DNA of 62,942 nucleotides, filler included, from Fonticula-like sp. SCN 57-25 (Eukaryota): NCBI GenBank assembly GCA_001724245.1. It is 3 parts of 3 records of this genome, joined end to end, with 100 filler letters (N's around TTAATTAATTAA, not from the genome) between each part and the next. Parts side by side here need not be neighbours in the genome. Positions count along the whole stretch, not along the records: positions 42,363 to 62,942 come from MEDX01000089.1; 2 more parts are not named here. One strand, 5' to 3'. Shown piece by piece: positions 61,416 to 62,942 of this stretch (position 1 is its first letter; each line of letters starts with the position of its first letter). The notes under the pieces were generated by a model. It saw only the letters and a program-made list of their open reading frames with translations, ran no database searches and was not told where the DNA came from. The position numbers and the translations under genes were made by a program.

Positions 61416-62090
61416 TGGATCATCATCTAACATGGCGCAGGAAATACGAGCAGACATCAGAGAAATTGGCCGATCTTAAACAGTGCGCATCTTTATGCCG
61501 TAGATCATTGTTTAACATCGCACAGGTCTGTCGATCAGACATCAGAGAAATTGGCCGATCTCGAACAGTACGCACCTCAATGCCGTGGCTCATTGTCTAA
61601 CATTGCGCAGGGAAAACAAGGAAATCAACCATAGACTTGATCAGTACAAACGCTTCCTTCTCCTTACCCGCCCTAATTCCTTTTCTGCAGATTTCTAGCC
61701 ACCGCCGAGGCCAGCGCCTGGATCCATGAAGCCACAGACATCATTTTATACCAACTGCGTGATCGGCAATCCACAGCAGCTCATTCATGGCGCGACTTTA
61801 TGGACGAGCTCAAACAAAAAGGCAAGTCTGGCGGTCGCCTGAAAAATGCTTTAGAACAAGTACTTGTTTGCTATTTAAACATTTCATATGAGCAATGGTC
61901 GGAGATTTGCTTATTTATTCGAAAGCAACGAAACTTGCAATTCCATCCACCGCGAAGCAAACCAGAAGAAGCGAAAACAATTATGAGTACATTTGAAGAG
62001 CGGTACAGAAAAGTGCTGATCAAGTTGATCGATGGTGTGTCACAACATGAGCCTTATGATTACTCTGATGATTATTACCCTTTTGAATAA
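61180..62090 (+). CDS. small multi-exon protein: low-complexity N-terminus, micro-exon coiled coil and C-terminal HEPN-like helical domain
   Basis: Introns 61398-61440, 61483-61525, 61568-61610 and 61644-61690 (all GT..AG) splice in frame: ..INM-KYEQTSEKLADLKQ-SVDQTSEKLADLEQ-ENKEINHRLDQ-FLATAEASAWIHEA..IRKQRNLQFHP. Confidence 0.72.
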
Positions 62091-62132
62091 TAACATAGAA
62101 CAAGTGTAGTAATGTAATGGATAATAATATAC

Positions 62133-62318
62133 TATGAATCACAATACATGATATTAATCACAATACATGATATGAATCACAATACATAATATGAATCACA
62201 ATACATGATATGATTCACAATACATGATAAGAGTCACAATATGATATGATTCACAATACATAATATGAATCACAATACATGATATGAATCATAACATAGA
62301 CAATATGATTCACAATAT
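62133..62318 (+). repeat. ~19-bp AT-rich minisatellite (ATGAATCACAATACATGAT), about 9-10 copies
   Basis: Directly visible tandem array with small variants, lying between two convergent 3' ends. Confidence 0.9.
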
Positions 62319-62429
62319 TGACCATAATACATCCCATAATATCACTTTTCCCATACTATAACCCATATTAATAACCAATATTGTTTACTTTTCTTCAGAA
62401 ATGTTTATTAATAATACTTGTTCTTTCTT

Positions 62430-62942
62430 CTACTTGTCATCATGCGCCTCCAGTTTCTTCGCCAACTCTTGAATATCCTTCACCGCAATCCTCCCATCAT
62501 GATTCGCATCCAACGCCCTAATCAACTCCCTCGCCGCCTCTGCATCGGGCCTCTCCTTCAACTTACCCAGCACATCTTCAAGATCACTCGCACTGATCTC
62601 ACCCGCGACATCAGTGTACACCAGGGTAAACTTGTTTCCCGCCTCATTCTCAAACTGACTAATCTCACTTTCAAGCTGACTAATCAAATTATCAACACGC
62701 ATATTGAGCGCCTTTGCGGCAACATCCTCTTTTGTATCCTTGTTGATATTTTCACCATCACCCAAAAAGTCGGTTTTAAACTCTTCAATGTCGGTTTTAA
62801 ACTCTTCGCGTTCAGTTTTGAGCTCCAATAGGTCTTCTTTTTGCTTGCTGACGGGTGATTTGGACATGGCCACGTGGAGTGCTTCGGTGAGTTCTGCGAG
62901 TACTTTGCGCTGCTGGTGGTCGTGGAGGGTGGGGGGGAGATC
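62430..62942 (-). CDS. LETM1: LETM1/Mdm38-like mitochondrial protein, C-terminal coiled coil + EF-hand (5' outside window)
   Basis: KEDLLELKTEREEFKTDIEE, ALNMRVDNLISQLE, GEISASDLEDVL..LKERPD and LDANHDGRIAVKDI match the pattern of LETM1 C-termini. Confidence 0.7.
   Translation of the reverse strand, partial: DLPPTLHDHQQRKVLAELTEALHVAMSKSPVSKQKEDLLELKTEREEFKTDIEEFKTDFLGDGENINKDTKEDVAAKALNMRVDNLISQLESEISQFENEAGNKFTLVYTDVAGEISASDLEDVLGKLKERPDAEAARELIRALDANHDGRIAVKDIQELAKKLEAHDDK

Noticed and set aside
61398-61643. 85-bp periodic repeat as a CRISPR-like repeat-spacer array
   Set aside because: Both alternating parts are repeated, and they fit GT-AG introns plus in-frame exons.
2786-62090. One large defence island (mysterin-like, NOV-like, WD40-SAM, HEPN-like)
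   Set aside because: They are on different contigs and interspersed with housekeeping genes, so each was reported separately.
62133-62318. 19-bp array as a CRISPR array
   Set aside because: The units are head-to-tail with no unique spacers, there are no cas genes, and the context is eukaryotic.

Overview
This is gene-dense DNA from a unicellular eukaryote, with short GT-AG introns (GTGCG/GTACG donors, CTAAC/CTGAC branch points). It is three contigs (1-21173, 21274-42262, 42363-62942) joined by two artificial 100-nt N44-TTAATTAATTAA-N44 spacers, so adjacency across the spacers is not real. Contig 1 carries an S9A/PREPL-like peptidase, a ~14 kb RNF213/mysterin-like AAA+ gene with no visible RING or RZ finger lying head-to-head with an RNF14-like RBR E3 ligase, and the 3' part of VPS13. 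Contig 2 carries PRC1/MAP65, a coiled-coil orphan, an unusual myosin (motor-IQ-EF hands-three RA-like units), an ERGIC2/Erv41-like gene, an ankyrin-GHKL(sacsin/NOV-like)-DUF3883 protein and an SPX-ACT-ACT-phosphoserine phosphatase fusion. Contig 3 carries a partial secreted protein, two tandem WD40-coiled-coil-SAM-SAM paralogues separated by a CACGTG-dense spacer, WDR3/UTP12, an ArfGAP-PH-LIM protein lacking the catalytic Arg, TEX261, a Gli/Zic-like zinc finger and a LETM1 3' end. It also has a tandemly duplicated locus whose intact copy has 85-bp exon+intron repeats followed by a HEPN-like RNxxxH domain. The most notable candidates are the SPX-SerB fusion, the myosin architecture, the E3-less mysterin/RBR pair and the micro-exon coiled-coil/HEPN gene. 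All domain calls are by motif recognition, and exon boundaries are manual estimates.
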